Below are positions 20,580 to 28,777 of a DNA stretch of 64,000 bases, piece by piece. This DNA comes from Syntrophorhabdaceae bacterium (lineage in GTDB: Bacteria; Desulfobacterota; Syntrophorhabdia; Syntrophorhabdales; Syntrophorhabdaceae), in NCBI GenBank assembly GCA_963665295.1, contig OY762209.1, positions 1,792,001 to 1,856,000 on the forward strand, written 5' to 3'. Both the position numbers and the translations under genes were made by a program. The notes beneath the pieces were generated by a model, which was given only the letters and a program-made list of their open reading frames with translations, did not search any database and had not been told where the DNA came from. Every line of letters begins with the position of its first letter. The stretch's first letter is position 1.

Positions 20580-21582
20580 GAGACATTATTGGTGTCCACT
20601 ATTGACATCGGGGGTCATGGTGGCGCTTGTAGGAGGCGCTGCGGTAAAGAAGAACCGGGAGCTCCTCGATGGACGATGGGATAAACACGATACCAAGGAT
20701 GCCGCGAATGTGGCCGATCTCATTACCCAGGGGAAGTGCCTCTACTATGATCTTCCTTCTCCCGATATAAGAAGCCTAAGAAACCTCCTCTCTTTGTTGA
20801 GACGTCTTAAGAAACAGGAGCAGGGGTATAAGGTAAGGATCAGGAATCACCTTATCGCCCGTTTCTTCCCCGAGATGGATGAGCATTTCCATCACAGTGA
20901 AGGACCGGCCATTGTGAAATGGTGCCTCGATCCGAAAGAGATTACCGCCCTTCCTTTTGAAGAATTCTTTCGTATGGTCTCCCAGGGAAGAGAGAAACAG
21001 CGGATGAGGATACAAGCGATCCATAACAAGGCGGCATCCTCCATAGGCTGTGAGGTGACCCCGAGCGTCCCCTTCGAAGCACGGATGCTCCTTAAGGGGC
21101 TGGAGGAGATCCGTGCCATGGTGCAGGCAACGGACGGGGCAATTGCCAAAGCATGCGCCGGGCTTCCCGAGTACGACTGTCTCCTGAGCATCCCCGGGTT
21201 CGGCCCCCGCATCTCTGCAATGGTACTCGGAGCAATAGGCAATCCCTATAGATTCGAAAATGAGCGCCAGGTGCTTAAGATGGCGGGACTCGATCTCTCT
21301 AAGAACCAGAGCGGGAAGAGCGAGGGTATCCCCGTCATCTCCAAGAAAGGCAAGGCCGATCTCCGATATGGTCTCTACCAGGCGGCGCTTGTCGCCTCTA
21401 CTGCGAATCATCGCCTCATGGCGTACTTTACGGGAAAGCTCCATGGCAGGGAACGGGAGAAAGGGATCGCCACCAAGATGAGGGTGAAGCTCTCCGCAAA
21501 GATGCTGGTCATTGCATGGACCTTGATGAAGAAGAAGGAGATGTTTGATCCGGACATAATGAAGTGAAAGATTATTACCGGC

Positions 21583-21720
21583 GAGAGAGCCCGTGAATGG
21601 GCGTAGAGGCATATGACCTCGTGGGGGACAATAAAGGGCCTCTCACCAGAATCATGCAACCTGGATAAAGGATGATGGGTGGCCTTAGTGCACACCGGAT
21701 AATGATAACGCTGAGGTGCG
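21583..21720 (+). ncRNA. Predicted IS110 bridge RNA (target- and donor-binding loops)
   Basis: Stem-enclosed guides AATGGGCGT and GGGGGAC match target AATGGAC-GT-CCC; AAAGGATGA and ATAAC match donor ATAGGAT-GT-TAT. Confidence 0.7.
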
Positions 21721-21937
21721 GGTTCGCGGTACGGTGAGAATAACCGCCGGATAAGAAGGAAGAGAGGACGGGAGGGGTGTGTACTCGTGAAGGTCGTTAT
21801 GAATAAGGGGCTGATATTATTGGCAGTCTGTCGTATTGAAATTAGCTGTTGACAGGAGGATTATAGGATGTCCCTGATGTACCACGACCGGGATCATATC
21901 GAGAGTCGGCCGTAAGTTATGGAGGTCCCCTTCCCTC

Positions 21938-22321
21938 CTAGTAGTGGTCAGCTGAATTTTTCCCAAATTTCCCTTTGTTAGCCTCATAAAACAACTGGTA
22001 TTGAAATCTTCCTTTTGCATCGTAGACATTCATGTACACAAAAGAACTGTCGTCGCGCTTTTCATTATGTTGTTCGTCCCAAAAGAACGTCCTATAGATC
22101 TTAATTAGTTCATCTTCAGCGGGTATTGACCCTTTCTTGCATTGGACCGTGATATAAATCTCCGGTTCCAACGCAAAACTAAACCTATCCCCGTATTGTT
22201 TCTCCATATTATCCAATCGCCGGATATCTTCTGGAGTTGCACGGCTACAGGAAGTCGCAACGAGCAGTATCAACGTGAGCACCGCAATTCTTAGCATCAC
22301 CGGGAGATTCGTATAGAACAT
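21938..22321 (-). CDS. Hypothetical lipoprotein, candidate orphan immunity protein
   Basis: Lipobox VATSC, AT-rich, co-oriented with and downstream of the Rhs gene. Confidence 0.65.
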   Translation of the reverse strand: MFYTNLPVMLRIAVLTLILLVATSCSRATPEDIRRLDNMEKQYGDRFSFALEPEIYITVQCKKGSIPAEDELIKIYRTFFWDEQHNEKRDDSSFVYMNVYDAKGRFQYQLFYEANKGKFGKNSADHY

Positions 22322-22412
22322 GATAGCCTCGTTAGTAACCCTGATAGGGTTTTCTTGCCGCTGCGATACCTGCTTCGTTTGCGGTCAAATCACTCCACTG
22401 AAATGCCCAAGG

Positions 22413-22630
22413 GGGCACAGGGACGCCCATCAAACCATCAAATCATCCATGCTATAGCCATTCTCTCTCACCAGGGCTTCGCCTCTTGCGACTGCAATGC
22501 TTACTGCGGGCTGACCCATACCTAGCCTCCCGGCCACTGCCGTTGCGGTCATGTGAAGCCGTCTTACGGTATCAGGGAGGGGTACGGATGTCAAGGAAAG
22601 TTCATTAGCTAATGCCCCCCTAATGTCCCC
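22413..22630 (-). mobile_element. Internally deleted RAYT derivative (MITE 2)
   Basis: Ends resemble MITE 1; TTGACA promoter joined to TAVAGRLGMGQPAVSIAVARGEALVRENGYSM, homologous to the RAYT C-terminal HTH. Confidence 0.8.
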
Positions 22631-22646
22631 TCTATGGGTTTGTCGC

Positions 22647-23102
22647 CTATGGGTTCGCCGGTTCCATACGTTCCAACTTCAGTTCCTTTCTGCTTGGCAC
22701 TGGGGAAATTCTCTCTATATCTGTCAGACCGCCGGAGTATATGTCCGGGGCGCTCTTGGGTTTGGCCTTAAAGGTACCCTGCACCAATATATACTGTTCG
22801 TTGAATTTTCTTGCATCCGGAAATTTGCCAATATGGATTCTAACGGCATTCTTCATTAGAAGATATTCGAAATCTTCACGGTGAAAATACAAGGCATTGC
22901 TTTCGAAATCTAAGCAGAGATAACCAAAAGTAGTAACCTCTTTGCCGTGATAAACGTGAGGGTTCGCCATGAGATCAACCATTGATGCCAAATATCCAGT
23001 GGGAGGACTCTCGCCGTAAGGTAATGTGTTGAAGGACGCACAGGAAAAGAGAGACATTCCCACCCATGAAATGCAACCTACCAGAACCAGGAATCTTTTC
23101 AT
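22647..23102 (-). CDS. Hypothetical lipoprotein, candidate orphan immunity protein
   Basis: Lipobox LFSC, AT-rich, RBS GGAGAGG. Confidence 0.65.
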   Translation of the reverse strand: MKRFLVLVGCISWVGMSLFSCASFNTLPYGESPPTGYLASMVDLMANPHVYHGKEVTTFGYLCLDFESNALYFHREDFEYLLMKNAVRIHIGKFPDARKFNEQYILVQGTFKAKPKSAPDIYSGGLTDIERISPVPSRKELKLERMEPANP

Positions 23103-23118
23103 CTTTAAACCTCTCCAG

Positions 23119-23136
23119 GGGGGACTAAACTATTAC
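23119..23136. repeat. Solitary copy of the IS66 terminal inverted repeat
   Basis: GGGGGACTAAACTATTAC vs GGGGGACTAAACTGTTAC at 27219-27236 (17/18). Confidence 0.65.
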
Positions 23137-23159
23137 GTTACGCCCCCACGTACGTCTTC

Positions 23160-24107
23160 TCAGGAGATCCATGTTGGGAATAGACCGACTACCCGCCAAC
23201 CTTCTCCATCATACTTGAGGACATAGTCATACCCATAACCGCAGGTGTTTCCGCAAAAAAGACCAACCGAGCACATGGCCCGCTTCCCATCCTTTGTCAC
23301 GAAGACGTCGAACGAAATGAAATGGTGATATTTATCGTAATCGATGAGTGGTTCGTAGCGCCATGTGTCAGCGGTGCGTTTCCAGATACGCTTTGCCTTC
23401 AGCTCAACAAAGGCATCGCTCATGCTAATATTGGGAATTCCAAATCGGAATACTGTGAGAATTACCGCATCCGGGCCCTTTGCCGAAACCGCCTGAGGAG
23501 TGTGCCATTCCCTCCCATTAACTCGTTCAAGGGTAAATTTTACTTCTTCGCTTGGGACGGTGAGTTCCTTAGACCTATTCTTGAGAGCCGTCTTGGCGAT
23601 CTCTGGCTTCAGAACCGCGAGGGAATATGCTGCCGCCCTGGGCGCCAGGCCTTTCACCCCTCCCCAAGCCGATCCCGACAAGGAATCCATGAGAAAATTG
23701 ATATCTTCGCCCGAACCGGTACTTTGCATCGCTTTACAAAGGATGGCTCTCATGACGTCCCTATAAGTTTCATCTGCACTTTCATCATACATCTTGCGGA
23801 AGAATCGCACTACCTCAGGACCACCTATGCGCACAAGGCAGTTTACCGCTATATCGGCCTGGCCGACGTTCGAAGCGGTCACGTTTTTGACGGCTTCCGA
23901 CAAAATAGGTATAGCCTTGTCCCCCGCTTCCAGGCAGACTTTAGGCATAGACTCTTTCGCAGACACCAACTCTTCCGTTGGATGGGGGTTAGCTGAAAAG
24001 AAGTCCTTTAGGATTGTTCCCTCGCTGCGCGACTGGGCATCGCAGTCAACGAAGCGAAAGAACATGATAACGAACACCAGCACCATCACAAGGTTCCTGT
24101 TCTTCAT
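23160..24107 (-). CDS. Exported HEAT-like hypothetical protein, candidate immunity protein
   Basis: Signal peptide MKNRNLVMVLVFVIM, helical repeats, C-terminal CGNTCGYG motif. Confidence 0.65.
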   Translation of the reverse strand: MKNRNLVMVLVFVIMFFRFVDCDAQSRSEGTILKDFFSANPHPTEELVSAKESMPKVCLEAGDKAIPILSEAVKNVTASNVGQADIAVNCLVRIGGPEVVRFFRKMYDESADETYRDVMRAILCKAMQSTGSGEDINFLMDSLSGSAWGGVKGLAPRAAAYSLAVLKPEIAKTALKNRSKELTVPSEEVKFTLERVNGREWHTPQAVSAKGPDAVILTVFRFGIPNISMSDAFVELKAKRIWKRTADTWRYEPLIDYDKYHHFISFDVFVTKDGKRAMCSVGLFCGNTCGYGYDYVLKYDGEGWRVVGLFPTWIS

Positions 24108-24240
24108 TTGTCCCCTTCTTCTATTTTCACCACTTGCGAGGTATCGTCCCACTCACTGCCCCAGGCACCCCGAAACCATAGGCGTGCTGCCAACCACATA
24201 GGCTTTGGGCTTTGGCAACGACCGTAAATAACTAAATAAC

Positions 24241-25212
24241 TCATAGTACATAGCCCTTCTCACGAGCAATCCTCTCCCCCCGTTCAACTGCGTATCCTAT
24301 CCCCGGCGGAGTCATGTTGAGAAATCGGGCGATCCGGGCCGCAGGAAATCGTCCGTGGAGATGAGCCCAGAAGCAGAAAAGACTTCGAGCTTCCACCACG
24401 GCAGACCTGCGGCTTCCACTGCCGAGACTCTCGAGGGTAATGCCATAGAGCTCGCGGACCCGTCCGGCGAGATAATCGAGGGTCGGACCTTCCGGGTCGG
24501 CCGTGATGCGGCGGGGTTCTCCGGTAAGCATCCTCTGAACAAAATCGCTGTCTCCCAGTATGCGTTCATCGCCTTTTACGCGTTGACCGGTCTTTTTCAC
24601 CGCTGCCCACGAACCATAACTTCTTATCAGTCCGCCGCCTACCAGGTCAGGCCTCTTCCCTCTGAGAAGTCGGTTCTCCATCGAGGAAAGGTATGCCTCT
24701 CGTGCAGTCTTCAGGCCGAAATAACGGAGCACGTAGTCCGTATCCTGCCATGGATGAAGGACCTCGCCCATGAGGACGGCATGACCGGAGTAAGGGTAGG
24801 TTGAAAGCCCCGCAAGGTCCTTGATGATTCCTGCCCTTATGGGATTGAGATGAATATATAAGACCAGTTCGGTGAGATAGGCGTCTTCCTGACAGAGAAT
24901 CGACTTGTATCGATTCTGAAAGAGTTGGCCATGGCGGTGATATTTTTTATTGAAGGTGACTGCATGACCCGTAAGAAGACGGGCCATGACTGTGTGGAGA
25001 GGAGTCTCGCCTGTTTTGAGCAAAAGGTGGGCGTGATTGCCGAGGAGCGCCCATGCGTAACAGGGAGTGTGGGTGTCGTCGAATATCTTCCCCATCCGCT
25101 CCGCAAAACGGTCTCTGTCACTATTATCACGGAAGATTAACCGTCGCTCGATGCCACGGACAATTATATGGTGGAGCACACCTTCGGCGTCCAGACGGGC
25201 ATGGCGCGGCAT
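24241..25212 (-). CDS. REP-associated tyrosine transposase (HUH Y1) with C-terminal HTH
   Basis: MPRHAR, HHIIVRG, NHAHLL (HUH), LFQNRYKS, YIHLNP, YPYSG. Confidence 0.92.
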   Translation of the reverse strand: MPRHARLDAEGVLHHIIVRGIERRLIFRDNSDRDRFAERMGKIFDDTHTPCYAWALLGNHAHLLLKTGETPLHTVMARLLTGHAVTFNKKYHRHGQLFQNRYKSILCQEDAYLTELVLYIHLNPIRAGIIKDLAGLSTYPYSGHAVLMGEVLHPWQDTDYVLRYFGLKTAREAYLSSMENRLLRGKRPDLVGGGLIRSYGSWAAVKKTGQRVKGDERILGDSDFVQRMLTGEPRRITADPEGPTLDYLAGRVRELYGITLESLGSGSRRSAVVEARSLFCFWAHLHGRFPAARIARFLNMTPPGIGYAVERGERIAREKGYVL

Positions 25213-25217
25213 AGGTG

Positions 25218-25246
25218 ATGGTATCAGGTGGAGAGGGGCATGTCAA
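25218..25246 (-). promoter_or_regulatory. sigma70 promoter of the RAYT gene (probably leaderless)
   Basis: TTGACA-17 nt-TACCAT ending 5 nt before the ATG. Confidence 0.6.
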
Positions 25247-25422
25247 GGGTTATTTACTTATTTACGGTCGTCCCCCAATGTTCCGGTGGAGAGGGGGTAA
25301 CAGTTTAGTCCTCTCGGAACTTTTTCCAGCAAAATATTATGTCTAATTTCCACAAAACCTTTGATTTCCTTGTTCCATGATGGTATTATAATAGGAGTAC
25401 TACTACTCAGTCGGAGGGTTCA

Positions 25423-25701
25423 ATGGAACAAATCGATCTTCTTAAAAGGCAGCGGGAGAGACTTAAGGAGGACATTGTCGCACAGCTGGATTTCTTCCTT
25501 ATCGGGACGGTGGCCAAGTCCCCTTCCATGACGGGCCACTCCCTTACCACAAAAGTGAAGGGGAAGACCGTAACCGTGTATGTGAGAAAACAGATTGCCG
25601 AGAAGGCGAAGGAGATGACGAAGCGGTACAAGATGATGTGGCTTCTCATACAGAAGCTTTCTAAGATCAACTGGGAGATACTGAAACAGGAGAGCGAGTG
25701 A
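25423..25701 (+). CDS. Small IS66-associated protein
   Basis: 92 aa, LTTKVKGKTVTVYV, overlaps the transposase start (GTGA). Confidence 0.7.
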   Translation: MEQIDLLKRQRERLKEDIVAQLDFFLIGTVAKSPSMTGHSLTTKVKGKTVTVYVRKQIAEKAKEMTKRYKMMWLLIQKLSKINWEILKQESE

Positions 25702-27218
25702 AGAGGGTCTATCCTCCATACGGCTACGATTGTCTTTATAAGGACAATTGCCCCCATCTTAACTTTCTCTCCACCCTATGGGTCTTTGGAGAATATGAGC
25801 GGGCCCATGAGGTGTACGAAGAGCATCTTCGGATTATCGATGTGTTCCGGGACAGGCTGGATGACACCATGAAGCGTATCCGTCTTTTAGAGAAGGAGAA
25901 CGAGGAACTGAAGGCGAAGAATACCGCATTGCATCGAAGACAGTTCAAGGCGAACAAAAAACCGGAGCATGCGGTCTCTTTGGCAGGGAGGAAGCGCGGC
26001 GCTCCGGTCGGACACCCCGGGTGGTTCAGGCCCGAGCCTGCCCGCGTGGATGCGACGGTTCACGTGCCCGCTCCCGATCGATGCCCCCATTGCGGGTCAG
26101 GCCCTCTTGTCCCCGGGGAAGGGATCCGTGAGCATGTGCAGGAAGACATTGTCATAAGACCCCGCACGGTGGTGAGACGGTATGTGCATAAGGAAGCATA
26201 CTGTAGCCGTTGCGGGCGTTCTGTGGTGAAGGCGGCTCCCGACGAACTTCCGAATGCTCCTATCGGACCGGTTACGAAATCCGTTGCCTTATACTTGCGG
26301 TACAGGATAGGTATGAGCTATCGAAAGGTAGAGGAAGTTATGAGGGAGATCTTCGGCCTTGCCTTTGTCCCTGCTTCGGCAGTGGGGTTTGACAGGGCTG
26401 CGGCGAAAAGGGGGACACCTCTTTATGAAGACCTCCGGGAGAAGATACGCGCCTCGGAAATAGTTCATGCCGATGAGACATCATGGAGGAACGACGGGAC
26501 CGGTCATTACGCGTGGTATGCGGGAAACGCCGATCTTGCCCTCTTCCATATCGACCGGCACCGCTCGACAGACGTGGCTCAACATCTTCTCGGGGACAAC
26601 TTCGACGGGGTGCTCATCACCGACCGCTATGCCGCGTATAACGGAGTTCATGCGAGAGAAAGGCAGACATGCCTTGCCCACCTTATCACCAGGGCCAGGG
26701 AGTTGACCCGGGAGCTCGTCCTCATGGAGACAAGAGATACAAAAGCGGAGGCGTTCTGTGATGCGGTCGGGAGGCTCTTCTCGGATGCCTGCGCCGCGGG
26801 CGGGGATCTTCTTAAGGGAAAGAGAGAGTGGGGAGATGCTCCCCGCATCGAGAAGCAATTGAGAGCAACCCTCGGGAAGATATGTGCAAAGCCCCTCAAG
26901 TATAAGCCGGCGGAAGGGCTCCGTACCTTCCTTACCGGCAAAGACCGGAAGTTTCTCTTCACGTTCCTTCGCTATCCGGGAGTACCACCTACCAACAACC
27001 AGGCAGAACAGTCGATCCGCTTCCTGGTGATCATGAGGAAGCTCATGTTCGGTACGCGGTCGGCAACGGGACTGAAGACCCACAGTATCCTGCCGAGTCT
27101 CATCATTACTTCCATGAGGCAAGGGAACGATCCACGGAAGTTCCTGGAGACGCTCCTGGTGTCGGATACCGTGACGGCAAAGGCGGCACTCTATCGCAAT
27201 GGGGCGAGGGCTCCGTGA
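25698..27218 (+). CDS. IS66 transposase (TnpC-like DDE)
   Basis: RKRGAPVGHPG, CPHCG...CSRCG zinc finger, HADETSW, TDRYAAY, QTCLAHL, PTNNQAEQSIR. Confidence 0.93.
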   Translation: MKRVYPPYGYDCLYKDNCPHLNFLSTLWVFGEYERAHEVYEEHLRIIDVFRDRLDDTMKRIRLLEKENEELKAKNTALHRRQFKANKKPEHAVSLAGRKRGAPVGHPGWFRPEPARVDATVHVPAPDRCPHCGSGPLVPGEGIREHVQEDIVIRPRTVVRRYVHKEAYCSRCGRSVVKAAPDELPNAPIGPVTKSVALYLRYRIGMSYRKVEEVMREIFGLAFVPASAVGFDRAAAKRGTPLYEDLREKIRASEIVHADETSWRNDGTGHYAWYAGNADLALFHIDRHRSTDVAQHLLGDNFDGVLITDRYAAYNGVHARERQTCLAHLITRARELTRELVLMETRDTKAEAFCDAVGRLFSDACAAGGDLLKGKREWGDAPRIEKQLRATLGKICAKPLKYKPAEGLRTFLTGKDRKFLFTFLRYPGVPPTNNQAEQSIRFLVIMRKLMFGTRSATGLKTHSILPSLIITSMRQGNDPRKFLETLLVSDTVTAKAALYRNGARAP

Positions 27219-27967
27219 GGGGGACTAAACTGTTACACGTTTCCCTCCCTGGAATTATTGTTCGCAGCACGGCAACGCATCATGGAGCTTGTACCTTCGG
27301 GATAGATGATGAGAAGCGGGGAAGAGACTCTTTGTGGAACGAGACGGCGAAAGGAGGGGTGTGCCCAAATCTTACCCGTCACAGAGGCGTGTGCCATGTC
27401 TGGATAGACGAAACGGAACAAAAGTTCATATTTGATTCCGATTTAAAGGGTGGTGGGGAAAGACGGCTCGGATGGAGGGCAAAGCAGCGGTAAGGGCGAG
27501 AGGGGTGGTGGATTATGGTTCATCAAGCTGCTTGACTTTTGCGCATGGTCATAGGATCATATTAGGTAAAAAGTTTGTTTCAAGCGAAGATCGATTGCCA
27601 TACTGTGAGGTGAGCCGGGTTCCACAATTCTTGGATATGAGAGAGGAATGACGCAAAATGAGAGCTTATTTGTCGCAAGTTCCTATGAGGAGAACGGAGA
27701 TCATCCCTATTTCCAGATTACGAAGAAGAATAGTGCCCAGCCTTGTGGTAACGGTTGGTGGATTGGGTTTTTGATGGTTTAGGCATCGAGGGGGCTGGTT
27801 TGGTGGAAATCTGAATGGGAAAAATGGCAAAAGCGTTCGAACTTCGCAAAAGATGGAAAAGATTTAGGTGTCAGCCAGTCTTTCTGGAGATTTGCCCTGA
27901 CTACGGTAGGGTCTGGACAGAAGAAAAGGCTAGACCATCGAACCGCTTAGCGTTTTTCCTGGCAAAG

Positions 27968-28483
27968 ATGAATATTGGTCCGAGGGAGCGGCGTTTTTGT
28001 GTTGTAATTCTTTTAGTCTTTCTCGTTGGGCTCGCAATTTCAGCGAACGCCGAGGTTTTGATTCATGATGAGCATATAGCGGCTGCCAAGGCGGTGGAAT
28101 TTGGACGGGCAGCATTTGTGGAACAAGATTTTCAAGATGCTTACCGACTTCTCAGCGATGAAACAAAAGCAAATTGGTCATTCTCACAGATGACTGAAAT
28201 GATTAAGAAGATGCACCCATATGGATTTCCCTTGAAGATCATAGCTGTCGAATTTGAACCCATGCCTGGAGAACGATCCATGAATATCTTTCTTCGAGGT
28301 TCGAGGAAGAGCGAGGACTTTCATTACCGTTTGGTGATGCATGGAGATGCGGGTGCCGGTTACCACATATCAGGCTTCTTTCGTGGAACCGGCCCATATC
28401 CTCCGTCGCCGATGCGGATGCGTTTGAAAAATGGAGGCCAAAACTGCTCAATGGAGAAAATACTTTTCAAAGATTATTACTAA
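27968..28483 (+). CDS. Exported hypothetical protein
   Basis: Signal peptide ending ISANA; start uncertain (ORF open from 27815). Confidence 0.55.
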   Translation: MNIGPRERRFCVVILLVFLVGLAISANAEVLIHDEHIAAAKAVEFGRAAFVEQDFQDAYRLLSDETKANWSFSQMTEMIKKMHPYGFPLKIIAVEFEPMPGERSMNIFLRGSRKSEDFHYRLVMHGDAGAGYHISGFFRGTGPYPPSPMRMRLKNGGQNCSMEKILFKDYY

Positions 28484-28521
28484 TGTATTTCTGTTTTTGG
28501 CAAAACCCTCCCTTTCTTCTC

Positions 28522-28752
28522 TCAAAAGAACTTAACAATTCCAACAACTGTATATGCCAAACCTCCTATACAAGCCGCCAAAGCCATCAGTAAAGACAAT
28601 ATTTCATAGGTTTGTCTACTGAGCCCAAGCGATCTTTGTACCTCATAGAACTGGAATAGTTGCCAAGCCCTGCGCTTATAAGAGACTAGAGAGAACAGCC
28701 CTACAGCGAGAAACAATGTCCCCGCAAGGATGTCACTCAATCCGTCCGTCAT
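28522..28752 (-). CDS. Two-TM small protein, candidate cognate immunity protein of the Rhs toxin
   Basis: Begins 25 nt after the Rhs stop; two hydrophobic helices. Confidence 0.6.
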   Translation of the reverse strand: MTDGLSDILAGTLFLAVGLFSLVSYKRRAWQLFQFYEVQRSLGLSRQTYEILSLLMALAACIGGLAYTVVGIVKFF

Positions 28753-28777
28753 GAGGCCTTCGCTGAGATCATAACGG

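Larger units (their letters stand above)
19348..20617 (+). mobile_element. IS3-family element, 1270 bp
   Basis: TG...CA ends, IRs sharing ATAGTGGACACCA, 3-bp target duplication TGG (19345-19347, 20618-20620). Confidence 0.95.
19032..21567 (+). pseudogene. IS110 DEDD recombinase split by IS3 (about 420 aa when rejoined)
   Basis: GIDIAK, MEPT, KHDTKDA, SIPGFG, QSGKS, SKKGKADLR; rejoining at the TGG duplication restores GHMVAL. Confidence 0.92.
18899..21871 (+). mobile_element. IS110-family element interrupted by IS3
   Basis: GT core at both junctions (18899-18900, 21870-21871); TTGACA at 21849 lies 17 nt from TATATA (18901) across the predicted circle junction. Confidence 0.8.
24218..25271 (-). 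mobile_element. RAYT element bounded by 23-bp inverted repeats
   Basis: ACGACCGTAAATAA(C/G)TAAATAAC at 24218-24240 and inverted at 25249-25271 (22/23). Confidence 0.85.
25297..27236 (+). mobile_element. IS66-family element, 1940 bp, no target duplication visible
   Basis: IRs GTAACAGTTTAGTCC at both ends. Confidence 0.9.

Noticed and set aside
21913..21930. Alternative IS110 right end at TTATGGAG-GT-CCCC
   Set aside because: The junction at 21870-21871 gives a 17-nt circle promoter spacer and matches the donor guide; this motif fits better as another RAYT-type terminus
27240..27810. Genes or RNA in the AT-rich gap after IS66
   Set aside because: Only short ORFs without motifs and no convincing structure
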